Position numbers and translations under genes: made by a program | The notes under the pieces: model-generated | Told to the model about the DNA's origin: nothing | The model's input: only the letters and a program-made list of their open reading frames with translations | Databases searched by the model: none | Source: a virus | Taxonomy: Duplodnaviria; Caudoviricetes | IMG/VR virus record: IMGVR_UViG_3300023311_001083 | Location: 1-64,000 of that record | DNA length: 64,000 nt | Direction: 5' to 3' (one strand) | Shown: piece by piece, positions 30,741 to 41,492 of the stretch | Layout: every line of letters starts with the position of its first letter | How positions within the stretch are numbered: the stretch's first letter is position 1

Positions 30741-31447
30741 CCGTTATTTTCAAAAATAAACACATTATTTATTTTAGTAATATTGTAATTTCCTATATAT
30801 TTTGTATAAAATATAACTTCGGAAATATCTTTACTTTCAAGCATTATCGGGCCTTTGATAGAATTATAAACATAATCTTTAGGCCCACTTGTAATAATAT
30901 TAAATTTTACTGCTTGTGCATATTCACGTTTAAATTCTATCGATTCATCAATAACATTTAAATCATTGGCATAACTATTAGAAAAGAAGTTACTAAAGTT
31001 ATTTAAACTATTTTGTTTTGTAGATAAAAAGTATGAATTTTTATCAGCTGGAACTTCAGATTTTAAGTTTTCAATTGATGCAGGTTGGCTTTTAAAACTT
31101 TTATAATATCTAAATCTCAGTTCTTCTAAACCTGATAATTTTTTAATACCTTCTAAAATTTCATATATCTGTTCTGCAACTTTTCTGCCACGTTCTAATT
31201 CAACAAAAACAATATATGTACCATTTTCAGTTTCACCTGGGCTAGTATCAGCATCTAATACAAAATCATATCCCATTTCTATGAAATTTTCCAAGTCCTT
31301 AGCTGCATCCTCATGATCAACTGTGAAACTAAGTACAACAACGTCTTGGTCATCATCTATTTTACTTTTATAAGAATCGATTTCAAAAACTTTTTTAACT
31401 AAGTTTTTAAGATCATTCGCCATTAAATTTTCATTTATAATATTCAT
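30716..31447 (-). CDS. conserved hypothetical phage protein
   Basis: 243 aa ORF. Confidence 0.7.
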   Translation of the reverse strand: MNIINENLMANDLKNLVKKVFEIDSYKSKIDDDQDVVVLSFTVDHEDAAKDLENFIEMGYDFVLDADTSPGETENGTYIVFVELERGRKVAEQIYEILEGIKKLSGLEELRFRYYKSFKSQPASIENLKSEVPADKNSYFLSTKQNSLNNFSNFFSNSYANDLNVIDESIEFKREYAQAVKFNIITSGPKDYVYNSIKGPIMLESKDISEVIFYTKYIGNYNITKINNVFIFENNGWAVALRK

Positions 31448-31452
31448 GATGT

Positions 31453-32022
31453 TTACATCGCTGGTGCTGTTTGTGGTGCAGCAGGTGGCATTCCACTTGG
31501 TGCAGATGGTGGGACGGCGCCTGGTACAGTAGGGGCTGGTGCTCCGTTGACAGGAGTAGTCTCTTTTAATTTATCAGAGTGTTCTTCATCATTTTTCATT
31601 TTATTCATATAACCTTTATACATATCAAATGCAACTTTTTTGGGCATTTGAAATTCTACAATCCATATAGGCCTTCTGTCTAATTTACCTTTTTTACTAT
31701 TGGGTCGAATATCTTCTGGTGTTTTTATTGGTCTAGGTTCAATTAAATGAGATTTTTGATAAACTACCTTACATCCGATATCCACTAATCTTTTACCACC
31801 AATTGGATCTGGCATTTTATCTCTTGGCCACATGAAGCCCACTGTTATCCAATGTCTTCCTACAACAGGCCCGTACGCCAATTCACCATCAATCCAATTA
31901 TCATAAACATATAAATCCATTTCATCAAGAACTCGCTCAAAATCTTTTAATATGCCTAAACTAGAGTTATTCTCATATAAGTCTTGAATATTTTTTATTA
32001 CATCTAATATATCAGTAACCAT
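31453..32022 (-). CDS. hypothetical phage protein with Pro/Ala-rich tail
   Basis: 189 aa ORF; GCTAAATA at 32047-32054. Confidence 0.7.
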   Translation of the reverse strand: MVTDILDVIKNIQDLYENNSSLGILKDFERVLDEMDLYVYDNWIDGELAYGPVVGRHWITVGFMWPRDKMPDPIGGKRLVDIGCKVVYQKSHLIEPRPIKTPEDIRPNSKKGKLDRRPIWIVEFQMPKKVAFDMYKGYMNKMKNDEEHSDKLKETTPVNGAPAPTVPGAVPPSAPSGMPPAAPQTAPAM

Positions 32023-32152
32023 TTTTTCTTCCCAAAGTTGTTCTAGTATTTAGCATTTTATGACTTATGTATAAACATGAATGTATTGTTATATAAATAA
32101 ATGTAATGGATAAGGAATATTCATTAATTTAAAATATCGTCGGAGATAACAA

Positions 32153-32875
32153 ATGGCTTTAAAACGTGAAAAGAAAGTTGAATCAGATAAAATAATTAAA
32201 CCTAAGTTTGCAGTTGCAAGACAGGAAAACATAACACCGTTAGTTCCATTAAATCCGCTTCAAGCAACTTATATTAATCATATTTTAACTAAAAAAATAA
32301 TAATTTCAACTGGATATCCAGGAACTTCAAAAACATATATTCCTACAGTAATGGCATGTGATATGTGGCGAAAAGGTGAAATTAATAGAATATATTTGAC
32401 CAGACCAAATGTTTCAAATTCCAAAAGCTTAGGTTATTTCAGCGGTTCTCTTATTGAAAAAATGACTAATTGGTTATTGCCTATTTTAGATATAATGAAT
32501 AAACGTTTAGGAAAATCTGTAGTTGAAATCGCTATTAAAACTGGCGATATTTCTTTTATACCGTTAGAAACTATTAAAGGTATGAGTTTTGGACCAGATA
32601 CATTTGTAATATGTGATGAAGCAGAAGATTTAACCGTTAAAGAAGCAATTTCTATTGTTACTCGTATGGGCGGTTGTAGAATGGTGTTAGCTGGAGATTT
32701 AGAGCAATCAGCATTAGATGAAAAAAGTGGACTGTTATATTTAAAACAAATGGTAGAAACATCACCAAATTTAGAAGAATATACTGGATTTGTTGATTTT
32801 AATAGACCATCTGATATTGTTAGATCACCAGAATGTAAAGCATGGATACTCGCGATTAAAAATAGTAAAAAATAA
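32153..32875 (+). CDS. phoH: PhoH-family ATPase
   Basis: GYPGTSKT P-loop, LTRP, LGYFSGSL.EK, P(L)ET.KG, ICDEAED, GDLEQS, DIVRS. Confidence 0.88.
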   Translation: MALKREKKVESDKIIKPKFAVARQENITPLVPLNPLQATYINHILTKKIIISTGYPGTSKTYIPTVMACDMWRKGEINRIYLTRPNVSNSKSLGYFSGSLIEKMTNWLLPILDIMNKRLGKSVVEIAIKTGDISFIPLETIKGMSFGPDTFVICDEAEDLTVKEAISIVTRMGGCRMVLAGDLEQSALDEKSGLLYLKQMVETSPNLEEYTGFVDFNRPSDIVRSPECKAWILAIKNSKK

Positions 32876-32884
32876 TAAATTATA

Positions 32885-32912
32885 TAAGTGGGTTGGATTA
32901 ACAACCCACTTA
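32885..32912. terminator. hairpin terminator between convergent genes
   Basis: TAAGTGGGTTG / CAACCCACTTA 11-bp stem. Confidence 0.65.
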
Positions 32913-32921
32913 TTCTTCGTC

Positions 32922-33839
32922 TTACAATTTAGACAATCTAATCATAACTGCAGCCAAATTAATCTCAGTATCACTCATTGCAACTTGATCAACAATTCCT
33001 TTTTGAATAATTAAAATTGCTTTGTCTTGCTTTTCTTCATCACCAAAAATTTCAATATTATCATACATCCATCTATAGATTGAATCATGCTCTTCTGGTC
33101 TTGCTTGACTACATACTAATTTGCGAGCTTCTCTAATTTTGCCTGCTTTGAATAAATTTACCATTTCTAGTCTATAATCAGCACTACCAGATGAATCGGA
33201 TTGTGGTGTTTGCAACACTCCATCTAAACTATTCATTTGAATATTATTAATACATTTGCGTAAATCAGGATATGATGCTTTTACATATGTATCTAACGTA
33301 TCTAAGTCAAACTTAACATTTTCATTCATTAAGATAGTAGCAACACGCGCAGTATATTCAGTATGATCAATTGTTTCAATTGGAAAGCTTTGACATCTCG
33401 AATGTATCGCTGGAATTATTTTATTACTGTAATTACCAGTGAGTATAAATCTTGCAGTTTCGTGATATTCTTCCATGACCCCACGTAATGCTGCTTGTGC
33501 CTGTAATGAAAAGAAATCAAACTCATCCAATAATACCACTTTAAAAGATCCGAAGGGTATCATTTGAACAAAATTTGTAATTTTTTCACGAACATCATCA
33601 ATTGAGTTTGATCTACTTGCATTTAATTCTAAAATATCAAATGGATTTATCTCTAATTCATTAAATAATATTTTAGCTAATGTTGTCTTTCCACGTCCAG
33701 CCCCACCTAATATAAGTAAATTACCGATTGATTTATCTTTAATCCATCGTTCAACTTGCTGTCGTTGTTGATCGTTATTAAATACATACCCATCAAGTGT
33801 TTTAGGTCGGTAACGTTCAGTCCATAGTTCTGTTGCCAT
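32922..33839 (-). CDS. clamp loader ATPase subunit (gp44/RFC-like)
   Basis: LWTERYRPK, GGAGRGKTT, LNAS, LLDEFD, SRC, PDLRKCIN. Confidence 0.92.
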   Translation of the reverse strand: MATELWTERYRPKTLDGYVFNNDQQRQQVERWIKDKSIGNLLILGGAGRGKTTLAKILFNELEINPFDILELNASRSNSIDDVREKITNFVQMIPFGSFKVVLLDEFDFFSLQAQAALRGVMEEYHETARFILTGNYSNKIIPAIHSRCQSFPIETIDHTEYTARVATILMNENVKFDLDTLDTYVKASYPDLRKCINNIQMNSLDGVLQTPQSDSSGSADYRLEMVNLFKAGKIREARKLVCSQARPEEHDSIYRWMYDNIEIFGDEEKQDKAILIIQKGIVDQVAMSDTEINLAAVMIRLSKL

Positions 33840-33905
33840 TTTATTCTCGGATTTTTGTTAAGAAAAAGAAAGATAGTAGCACAGTATTAAATGTGCTACT
33901 AATAT

Positions 33906-34289
33906 TTAAAACATTGGTTGTGAGAAATCAAACTCTTGGGTTGTTGACGCGTTTGATTTGCCGATATTAATATCAGATGGTAAAAAGTTAGAAACTGCTA
34001 TAATTGCATTAGTATCGACTCGTAAAATTTTAATTTTAGAGCCATCATGATCTATGACTTCAAAGCTACGAGTCCATCTTCCATGTTCTACTAAAATCCA
34101 ATCACCAACGTTTACGTCGCTTTGTTCTTTGCCTATTGCCCATACTCTTGCCCATCGAGGTCTAATACCTTCAGATTTGCCATTATCACTATTAACAATA
34201 ATGCCACTTGCAGTTTTTTGCTCATCAAAATTCATATCAGTAACAATGACATGATCATGAATTGGTTTAACTACTGGTGAAATACTCAT
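33906..34289 (-). CDS. groES: co-chaperonin GroES
   Basis: KPIHDHVIV, TASGII, V.VGDWIL pattern. Confidence 0.8.
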   Translation of the reverse strand: MSISPVVKPIHDHVIVTDMNFDEQKTASGIIVNSDNGKSEGIRPRWARVWAIGKEQSDVNVGDWILVEHGRWTRSFEVIDHDGSKIKILRVDTNAIIAVSNFLPSDINIGKSNASTTQEFDFSQPMF

Positions 34290-34621
34290 TTATTACCTTT
34301 TGAAATATTATTGGGTTTAACTTCTACCACTGGTGGTTGTTCAACAGCTGGCACAGGGTTTGGAATTGTCACAGTGCTTTCTTGTGTAACTGGTTTTTCT
34401 GCTTGTGCAACTGGTCTTGTATAATCGGGTACTATTTGTGAGGATGATATTTCTTTAATAACATCTTCATGTTTTCTAATAATTTTACCGCCTGGTCCTA
34501 ACTCATCACCGCGTGCATTTACTCTAACATTACCAACAGCAACAGTCATTTCATGTTGGTTAATTAATTGTTCCATATTTACTTCTTTACCTAAAATAGA
34601 TTTATACATTGATCCGGTCAT
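34286..34621 (-). CDS. hypothetical protein
   Basis: AVGNVRVNARGDELGPGGKI motif; GATAAGTA upstream. Confidence 0.7.
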   Translation of the reverse strand: MTGSMYKSILGKEVNMEQLINQHEMTVAVGNVRVNARGDELGPGGKIIRKHEDVIKEISSSQIVPDYTRPVAQAEKPVTQESTVTIPNPVPAVEQPPVVEVKPNNISKGNK

Positions 34622-34659
34622 AATGCCTCCTTATAGAATAGTACTTATCATTTTATTGT

Positions 34660-35169
34660 TTATCTAAAAAATTCTTTATAATCTATGTTATATTTAATTG
34701 AGTTTATTTTATGCACACCTAATAAAAATAGCACATAACTAGCGACAGAACTTCCACGTCCAACACCCCACAAAACATTGTTTTCCAAACAAGTATCTAC
34801 AAAATATTTTAACCATTGTAGCAATCTAATTAAGTTTCTATTTTTAAACTCAGATAATTCAATTTCTACTCTTTCTTTTTCTACATTAGAAACGCATTTT
34901 GTTAAACAGAATTCACTTACATCAAATGTATAGTATTTTTCTGGCATGAACCATTTATCTTGAAGAGCTGTATCAAATTCATTGATGTTAAGTGTTTGGA
35001 TTGTGCTATTATATTTTGTAAAATTTATATTAGAAATTTCAATAAATTGGTCAATATCAATATTATCCGAAACCATTAACTCGTTAAGTTTATCAATATG
35101 ACCTAAATATATTGCATTAAATATATCAGTTTCGTTAAAAACAGGATTTTTAAATTTATCTATTTGCAT
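34660..35169 (-). CDS. short DnaE (Pol III alpha)-like fragment protein
   Basis: WGVGRGSSVASYVLFLLGVHKINSIKY resembles DnaE GxGRGSaagSlv.y.LgIt.idP. Confidence 0.6.
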   Translation of the reverse strand: MQIDKFKNPVFNETDIFNAIYLGHIDKLNELMVSDNIDIDQFIEISNINFTKYNSTIQTLNINEFDTALQDKWFMPEKYYTFDVSEFCLTKCVSNVEKERVEIELSEFKNRNLIRLLQWLKYFVDTCLENNVLWGVGRGSSVASYVLFLLGVHKINSIKYNIDYKEFFR

Positions 35170-35179
35170 AGATAATATT

Positions 35180-35410
35180 TTAATTTACTTTGATTAGTTT
35201 GTCAAGATTTTTATTTGGTGTTTCTAATGTTTTTTGCCATGCAAGTACTTTTCTACGTTCTATTTCAGCGTTATACGTATCTAAATATAAAATTATCTCT
35301 GCTTTTATATCTGGATTTCGGGTATTAAAATACTTATTTGTCAAATCATATATTTTTGCTTCTATATCAGCATCTTTCATCTCACTTATATCACCAACTA
35401 ATGGATGCAT
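35180..35410 (-). CDS. hypothetical protein
   Basis: 76 aa ORF in structural operon. Confidence 0.6.
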   Translation of the reverse strand: MHPLVGDISEMKDADIEAKIYDLTNKYFNTRNPDIKAEIILYLDTYNAEIERRKVLAWQKTLETPNKNLDKLIKVN

Positions 35411-36522
35411 TAAAATTCTCCGATTAAATCAATATACACATTATCTCCACCATCAGTACTCCATGCTTGGAGAACTTTTTTATTTATAATCTCCCCTAAC
35501 ACAACAGTTGCTTCTGCTGGAGTTGAATTTGCTGATATAATTTCAACAGTTGGTGCTTCTGTAAAACCTTGGCCTGGATCAGTGACTGTTATTTTGTCAA
35601 TACCAAAGTATATCTGAATTATTGCGCCAGAGCCATTTGCTGAATTAGAAAATAAATTTCTTGTCGGATTGGTGAATGAAGTTGGTGTATCATAAATCCC
35701 ACTTGATATTAAATCTAGTGCAGTTATCATTCCAGAATTGCCAATACTTGTTACTTTTAATTTTGTTTGTGGATTAGTAATATCATAAAAAATATCATCA
35801 ACAACATATCCTGATCCATCATTCCCAAAAATAAAATTTACTACTTTATATGTAGCAGTTGCAGTAGGTAGTCTATAATTGGTTATTGTATTCGCCGTAG
35901 TAAAAGTAAAGGTCGCTGGTACTGTGTATGATGAGCCAGGGCTAGTAACGTTAATTTGACTTACTGATTTACCACCCAATGAAACTTTATTAGCGGTTAA
36001 TGATTGAGTTGGAAAATATTCAAGCAGTTTTTTACTATAATGAATATTTCCTGGGGTTGTTGTTTCAAAACCAACATCCCAAACTCCACTTTGTTGACTA
36101 TTATCTAAAATTATGGTAGCATGTGAATATGTTCCAGCAACACCCCAATTAGTAAATCTTAATGAAGCACTATATGTGAGAGATAATTCATATGTGGGTG
36201 CTACATTTAAATTTATTTCGTTAGAATTTGTAACACCACTTAAAACAACATCAGTATGAACTATACTATTAAATTGTTTGAATTTGCCATTGCTTATTGT
36301 ACTTTGGCCGATATCATTGACTACACTAGACGTATTTCCTGAAGAGTTAGTTGCCAATGATGCTTTTAAAACTGATCTATTTTCCAAAGTTGTAATTGCT
36401 GTATTTGCCGCAAGCAATCCTTCACGAATATATGTAAAATTATCCCTAAAACCTTGACTACTATTATCCACACCAGCTACTGGAAATGTTACATCTATTG
36501 CATCGTAATTAATATTACTCAT
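35410..36522 (-). CDS. putative baseplate/tail structural protein
   Basis: FPVAGVDN.SQGFRDNF N-terminus; ITVT.PG.GY/F.AP beta repeats. Confidence 0.6.
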   Translation of the reverse strand: MSNINYDAIDVTFPVAGVDNSSQGFRDNFTYIREGLLAANTAITTLENRSVLKASLATNSSGNTSSVVNDIGQSTISNGKFKQFNSIVHTDVVLSGVTNSNEINLNVAPTYELSLTYSASLRFTNWGVAGTYSHATIILDNSQQSGVWDVGFETTTPGNIHYSKKLLEYFPTQSLTANKVSLGGKSVSQINVTSPGSSYTVPATFTFTTANTITNYRLPTATATYKVVNFIFGNDGSGYVVDDIFYDITNPQTKLKVTSIGNSGMITALDLISSGIYDTPTSFTNPTRNLFSNSANGSGAIIQIYFGIDKITVTDPGQGFTEAPTVEIISANSTPAEATVVLGEIINKKVLQAWSTDGGDNVYIDLIGEF

Positions 36523-38798
36523 ATTGTCATCCTATCATTGTTAAATTCTAAATATTTATCATTTGGGTATCCGGTAACAGCATCTATTATGTAACGATCT
36601 ATGTAATAATCTATTTGTTTAAAATCAAAATTACTACGTTTTATATTTGATATAATACCAGCAGCTTTTCCTACTTTACAGAAACATAATGGAATAACTA
36701 AACGTAAACCAACGTCAGTAGAGTTAGTTAAATCTATTGATTGCATCCACAAAGGTATATAGTTTCCATTAGTTATTAATGTTGAATTATGTGTTGTTTT
36801 AATGCGTTGTTCCCAATTATTAACACTACTTGGGTAATAAACATTATCATTGATTGACTTTTCTAACGAAGCTGATTTACCATTAATCTCAGCTGAATCA
36901 ATCATTTGCAAGTATATAACTTCATAGAGACCATTTCTTGTGCCAGGAGAAACTGCAGTTGAATATGATATATTTCCAAATTGAAACCTCTTGTTTTTAT
37001 GGTTATGATTCATGCTACTAACAAACATGCTTGCAGTATCGCGCTGAATACCAGCATAAATTAACATGGATAATTCATCTTGAATTCCGTAATTTTCATC
37101 TCCTACTCTATAAAGACTACTTGGTGTAAAAATAGTAGGGTCATTTATAAAATCACTCCATAATTTGCGTTGTTCAATCTTTAACAATGGTTTTACTTTA
37201 ATATTACTATAACTAAGTGTATCAGAAATATCAATTGACATTGTAAACGTTCTATCAGCTGTCCCATTTAAATCAGATGCCCTTATAGTAAATTGGCTAG
37301 GTGTTGTATTGGTTATATAAGGTGTACCAACTATATTTCCATCTGGATCTAACTCTAAACCTGATGGCAATGTACCATCTATTAATTCATATATTAACTG
37401 AGCACCTTGATGTGAACTCACTGCTTTTAATGCTACGTTAGAAATAATATTAGCGGGTAGAGTATCTAAATTATTATTTGTAATCCAAGTAATTTTAGTA
37501 GCCAATTCATTAATTAATGTCATGCTAAAAGTTCTCGATGAACTTTCATGATGTCCTAGATCATCGTATACTGTAGCAGTAATTGTAAATATATAGTCAC
37601 GATGTCTAGCTATTTGTTCAGGTACATATCCAAAAATACTTCCAGTAACTGGATCAAACTGCATTCCTGATGGTAAATTTGAAATACTATCAATAGAAAA
37701 AATTGTTGATGCTGGTGAATAAACCGCCATAACAACAGCTATATAATTTCCAGTTCTAAATAATCCTAACTGTGCTGGTGTTACCCATTTTGGAGGAATG
37801 ATATGTGTTGCATCAATAGTAAAATTAGTTGAATCGATAGTGTATTGATTATTATCAGCATTTAAAAACTCGTTACCAACTGCAAATATAGTAAATTGAC
37901 GCTTAATTGAAGAAAAACCATCTGAAACTGTGACTATAAAATCATAAACTCTACTTAATTCTATCGCTTCTAAATCTTCAAAGCTAGTGTCATAAAAATC
38001 AGTATCATACGCTAATGCTTCATATCCTTTTATTACTCCACGTTTATTTGGAGCAGTAACTGGTATAATTTCAGTATCAAATAAAGGTCCATCAAATGCA
38101 AAACTATCATACCCTCTAATTTTTGATGGATCGATAAATGGTGTTTTGGTTAATAAAGAATCATATACGTATGATTCAAAACCTTTTGTATCATAAATCA
38201 ATTCTACTATGATTGGATCTTCTATAAGTGCATCTGAGTCATACAAATTATTTTCATATCTTGATTTTTCATACCCAACTTGATCATTATATAATTTTGT
38301 TAGCGGTGTTACTTTTCCACTAATTACACCATCAAGTGATAATGACAACCCATCTGGTAAAACACCGTCATTACTTGAAATAAAATATGTTAATGTCCTG
38401 CTTGCAGCAGTATCATTATCATGGGCAGCAATTTTAAATTCTACATATGTGTCTTCTAATGCATAATATTGACCGTGGTACCCTATTTGCAATAATCCGC
38501 TATTTGTGTCAATAACTGTTGGATCTGCACCAGTAATAGTCATTGTAAATGTTCTATCTGATGTTTGATTGCCGCTGGTTGCACGAATACAAAATATAAA
38601 ATCTGTAATATCCCCAACTTCAGCAGGTATACCTTCTATTCTATCATTTTGTATAATTAATCCAGGTGGAAGTTGGCCTGAAATTACTTTATAAGATGCT
38701 ATTTGATAAGGCAGTATAGGAAGCGATTCACTAATAGCTGTATTTTCGTCAAAAACACCGAACGAGTACCCAGATTTTTCTGACCATATATTAAGCAT
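36519..38798 (-). CDS. putative baseplate wedge protein with Ig-like (He_PIG) repeats
   Basis: Repeated G.LP.GL.L...G.I.G.P and RTF.MTI units. Confidence 0.65.
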   Translation of the reverse strand: MLNIWSEKSGYSFGVFDENTAISESLPILPYQIASYKVISGQLPPGLIIQNDRIEGIPAEVGDITDFIFCIRATSGNQTSDRTFTMTITGADPTVIDTNSGLLQIGYHGQYYALEDTYVEFKIAAHDNDTAASRTLTYFISSNDGVLPDGLSLSLDGVISGKVTPLTKLYNDQVGYEKSRYENNLYDSDALIEDPIIVELIYDTKGFESYVYDSLLTKTPFIDPSKIRGYDSFAFDGPLFDTEIIPVTAPNKRGVIKGYEALAYDTDFYDTSFEDLEAIELSRVYDFIVTVSDGFSSIKRQFTIFAVGNEFLNADNNQYTIDSTNFTIDATHIIPPKWVTPAQLGLFRTGNYIAVVMAVYSPASTIFSIDSISNLPSGMQFDPVTGSIFGYVPEQIARHRDYIFTITATVYDDLGHHESSSRTFSMTLINELATKITWITNNNLDTLPANIISNVALKAVSSHQGAQLIYELIDGTLPSGLELDPDGNIVGTPYITNTTPSQFTIRASDLNGTADRTFTMSIDISDTLSYSNIKVKPLLKIEQRKLWSDFINDPTIFTPSSLYRVGDENYGIQDELSMLIYAGIQRDTASMFVSSMNHNHKNKRFQFGNISYSTAVSPGTRNGLYEVIYLQMIDSAEINGKSASLEKSINDNVYYPSSVNNWEQRIKTTHNSTLITNGNYIPLWMQSIDLTNSTDVGLRLVIPLCFCKVGKAAGIISNIKRSNFDFKQIDYYIDRYIIDAVTGYPNDKYLEFNNDRMTI

Positions 38799-38811
38799 TA
38801 TATTTCACCTA

Positions 38812-39363
38812 TTAATAATAAAGTTTAACACTTATCGTTCCGTTTATCATAAAACGTATAAAAATAGTATCTTCAGCAGTATAGCTATGAATTTCGTCAA
38901 CAACATTACTTAACGTATATATAAATGCATCTTGTTTTATAACATCATGAATATTTCGAGTACTGATATATATTGACCCACTTCCAGTTAGCCCTAAACG
39001 ATATGAACTTGGTATTGGGATCCAATTGTTTTCGGCAACATCGTATGAAAGTTCAGATGTTACTGCGATAACTCTCCCATAAGTATCTACTATAATATTT
39101 GGATGAAAATATTTTCCAGGTGTTATTCCGGTAGATGAAAGCTTTATAGTCGCTTGTTGAATTTTAGAATTATAACTAGCAATAAGAGTACCTGATGCGT
39201 CAAGTGTTTCTAAACCGTCACCAGGCACTAACGGATACGTTGGTGCGTTAATACCAGCATAAACTTCACTAAAATTAAAATTAACTTTTTCAAATGCTTG
39301 TCTGATACCATCACCAGTACCATCATTTCCTGAATTTCCGATATTAATTACTTGATTTGCCAT
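38812..39363 (-). CDS. baseplate wedge/tail fibre connector-like protein (gp9/gp10-type N-terminus)
   Basis: INIG..GNDGTGD.IR.AF.K.N.NF.E.Y. Confidence 0.7.
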   Translation of the reverse strand: MANQVINIGNSGNDGTGDGIRQAFEKVNFNFSEVYAGINAPTYPLVPGDGLETLDASGTLIASYNSKIQQATIKLSSTGITPGKYFHPNIIVDTYGRVIAVTSELSYDVAENNWIPIPSSYRLGLTGSGSIYISTRNIHDVIKQDAFIYTLSNVVDEIHSYTAEDTIFIRFMINGTISVKLYY

Positions 39364-39389
39364 ATAAAAATTACCCTTTAATTATATAG

Positions 39390-39411
39390 TATTTATCCGT
39401 AATGATAAATA
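39390..39411. promoter_or_regulatory. back-to-back late-promoter-like GATAAATA motifs
   Basis: TATTTATC at 39390-39397 (minus) and GATAAATA at 39404-39411 (plus), each ahead of a gene start. Confidence 0.6.
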
Positions 39412-39429
39412 TAACATTGGGAGATTAAT

Positions 39430-39651
39430 ATGATTAATACAATAAAAAAAATATTTGGATTACTAAAAACTAAAGAGAATGAAAAAATTGAAGAGATTAT
39501 TGCACCAGTTTTAGAAACTGTTGAAATAGTAGAAAAGGTTATTACTAAAAAAGATAAAAAACCAAAAACTAAAAAACCGTCAGCAGTGGTTGAAAATACA
39601 CCAGATCCACAAGTAAAACCAAAAAGAAAATATAATAAAACTAAAAAATAA
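39430..39651 (+). CDS. small Lys-rich protein
   Basis: 73 aa, GGGAG SD, own motif upstream and terminator downstream. Confidence 0.6.
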   Translation: MINTIKKIFGLLKTKENEKIEEIIAPVLETVEIVEKVITKKDKKPKTKKPSAVVENTPDPQVKPKRKYNKTKK

Positions 39652-39658
39652 GTTAAAT

Positions 39659-39687
39659 AAAAAAAGGGCGGAATCGCCCTTTTTTTT
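39659..39687. terminator. bidirectional intrinsic terminator
   Basis: A-tract GGGCG-gaat-CGCCC T-tract. Confidence 0.8.
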
Positions 39688-40243
39688 ATCCTATATATTT
39701 ACAATGACTTTTTTTTGTTTCCCATAACTCAAGGGCAACTACTTTTGCAACATCATCGATCATACTTTGTGCATAAATTTTAAGATATTTGCAAATGTTC
39801 TCAGAGGTAGGAACAAAATTAACTAAAACAAAACTTTGATAATGTAATTGAATATTTGGATCAGCACTATCTACATAATCTATAAGAAAATCAAAATTTT
39901 CTGCTTTTTCAACTACTTTAGGATTTACTCCAGTGATGATTTCAAAATTTGGATCATTTATATCTATCATAAACTTATGATCTAATACATCATCAACAAA
40001 TTGTTTCATAAAATTTAAATTTTTAAAATCAGTAACCATTGAACTATCATCTAATCTATCAGCACCTAAAAATACTTTAATAGTATAGCTATGACCATGT
40101 AAATGTTTACATGCACAATCAGTACTAATACTTAAATCTGGTCTATCTAATTTCTGAGCCCATACTCTGTGTCCGCCTTCCCATGAAAATTCTTTATCTA
40201 TAACCCATTTATAACTCATATTAATTCCTATTAATTTATGCAA
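39686..40243 (-). CDS. queD: 6-carboxy-5,6,7,8-tetrahydropterin synthase
   Basis: GHRV, CKHLHGHSY, LDHKF, PTSENI, LWET. Confidence 0.9.
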   Translation of the reverse strand: MHKLIGINMSYKWVIDKEFSWEGGHRVWAQKLDRPDLSISTDCACKHLHGHSYTIKVFLGADRLDDSSMVTDFKNLNFMKQFVDDVLDHKFMIDINDPNFEIITGVNPKVVEKAENFDFLIDYVDSADPNIQLHYQSFVLVNFVPTSENICKYLKIYAQSMIDDVAKVVALELWETKKSHCKYIG

Positions 40244-41456
40244 CTTTCAATAGTATTTGATTTTGATTAATCCTACCAGTTGCCTTGATGTCTATTGTTT
40301 TGATTGTATCCATAAATGTTCTTAATGATACTTTACCACATTTATTAAATTCTGCTAATTGTTCCATTGGTTTTCTTAGTGTTTTACCAATTGAAAGACT
40401 CTCATTAAAACCAGTAACAGATGTGCCGTTTACTGCTAACTCATCGAACTCAGATGCAACGTATTTAAACAATTTTTTAGTTTTAGTATCAAAACACCAT
40501 AATTCTTTTGCACCAATTATACTTGTAGGATTTATTGATACTAATTTTAACGGTTCAAATGTTTTTAAATATTTTAATTTAGATACCAGTTTATCTTTCG
40601 GCACTGATTTTTTAGCGCGAACTTTTCTTTCTGCTTTAGCTTCTTGTATAAGCATATCACACGCTGATTGAATCTCCTTTAAGAACAATAGCATGTTTTT
40701 TGTTTGTTTTTTAGTTCTATGTGAATAACCTTCTTTTAGTTGTTCATCAACTTCTAATCCATGTAATTCTTCAAACTCATTTAATATTTTACCATAATAT
40801 TCACGAATAAATCTAGCATGTGCTGCTTTTACTTCTTTTCCTTTTAGCAAATTTACTATTTTTAATTTTTTAGGATCAAAATTATCTGGATCAGTTTGCC
40901 AAACTTCAATAGCGTCTTCAATTTCATCAGTCATTAATAAGGATGCATCATAAACCCGATCTTGAATGGTAACTACAGGTGCCACAAGTTTTGTTACTGG
41001 TGTTTCATCATCTTCATCATCACTAATTGATTCAGATGTTGTGGTTAGTATATATATGATTTTATTACGTAACCATTCTTCCATACTAGCACCATTGTTT
41101 ATTTCTTTATGACTTGATGGCATTCCTCTTAATAAGCATAAGGCTATACCACCAGTTGTAGAATTGCAGTGCCAATCTTTAGTAGATTTAAATTGTGTTA
41201 TAACGTCTTTATCATAATTGACAGTCTGCATCCATTTTAATACAGCTGGCTTATAATCTTTTTTAGAAAGATTTATATTATAATGTTTCATGGCGTCATG
41301 AAAAGTTCTTAAAAACGCGCCCTCAGGCCATGTTTCATATCCATCCCATAAAGGACTTAAATCCTTTCCTCTATTTTCTCGTATTGAAACTGAAGTTATA
41401 CGTGTTTTTTTAGCTTTAGATTTTGAAGCACCGGCAATTTTTACATTTTTAGCCAT
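40236..41456 (-). CDS. conserved hypothetical phage protein
   Basis: 406 aa ORF. Confidence 0.7.
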   Translation of the reverse strand: MAKNVKIAGASKSKAKKTRITSVSIRENRGKDLSPLWDGYETWPEGAFLRTFHDAMKHYNINLSKKDYKPAVLKWMQTVNYDKDVITQFKSTKDWHCNSTTGGIALCLLRGMPSSHKEINNGASMEEWLRNKIIYILTTTSESISDDEDDETPVTKLVAPVVTIQDRVYDASLLMTDEIEDAIEVWQTDPDNFDPKKLKIVNLLKGKEVKAAHARFIREYYGKILNEFEELHGLEVDEQLKEGYSHRTKKQTKNMLLFLKEIQSACDMLIQEAKAERKVRAKKSVPKDKLVSKLKYLKTFEPLKLVSINPTSIIGAKELWCFDTKTKKLFKYVASEFDELAVNGTSVTGFNESLSIGKTLRKPMEQLAEFNKCGKVSLRTFMDTIKTIDIKATGRINQNQILLKVA

Positions 41457-41492
41457 TGTTGTTTCCAGTTAAATTAGAAGAATATTTTTTAT

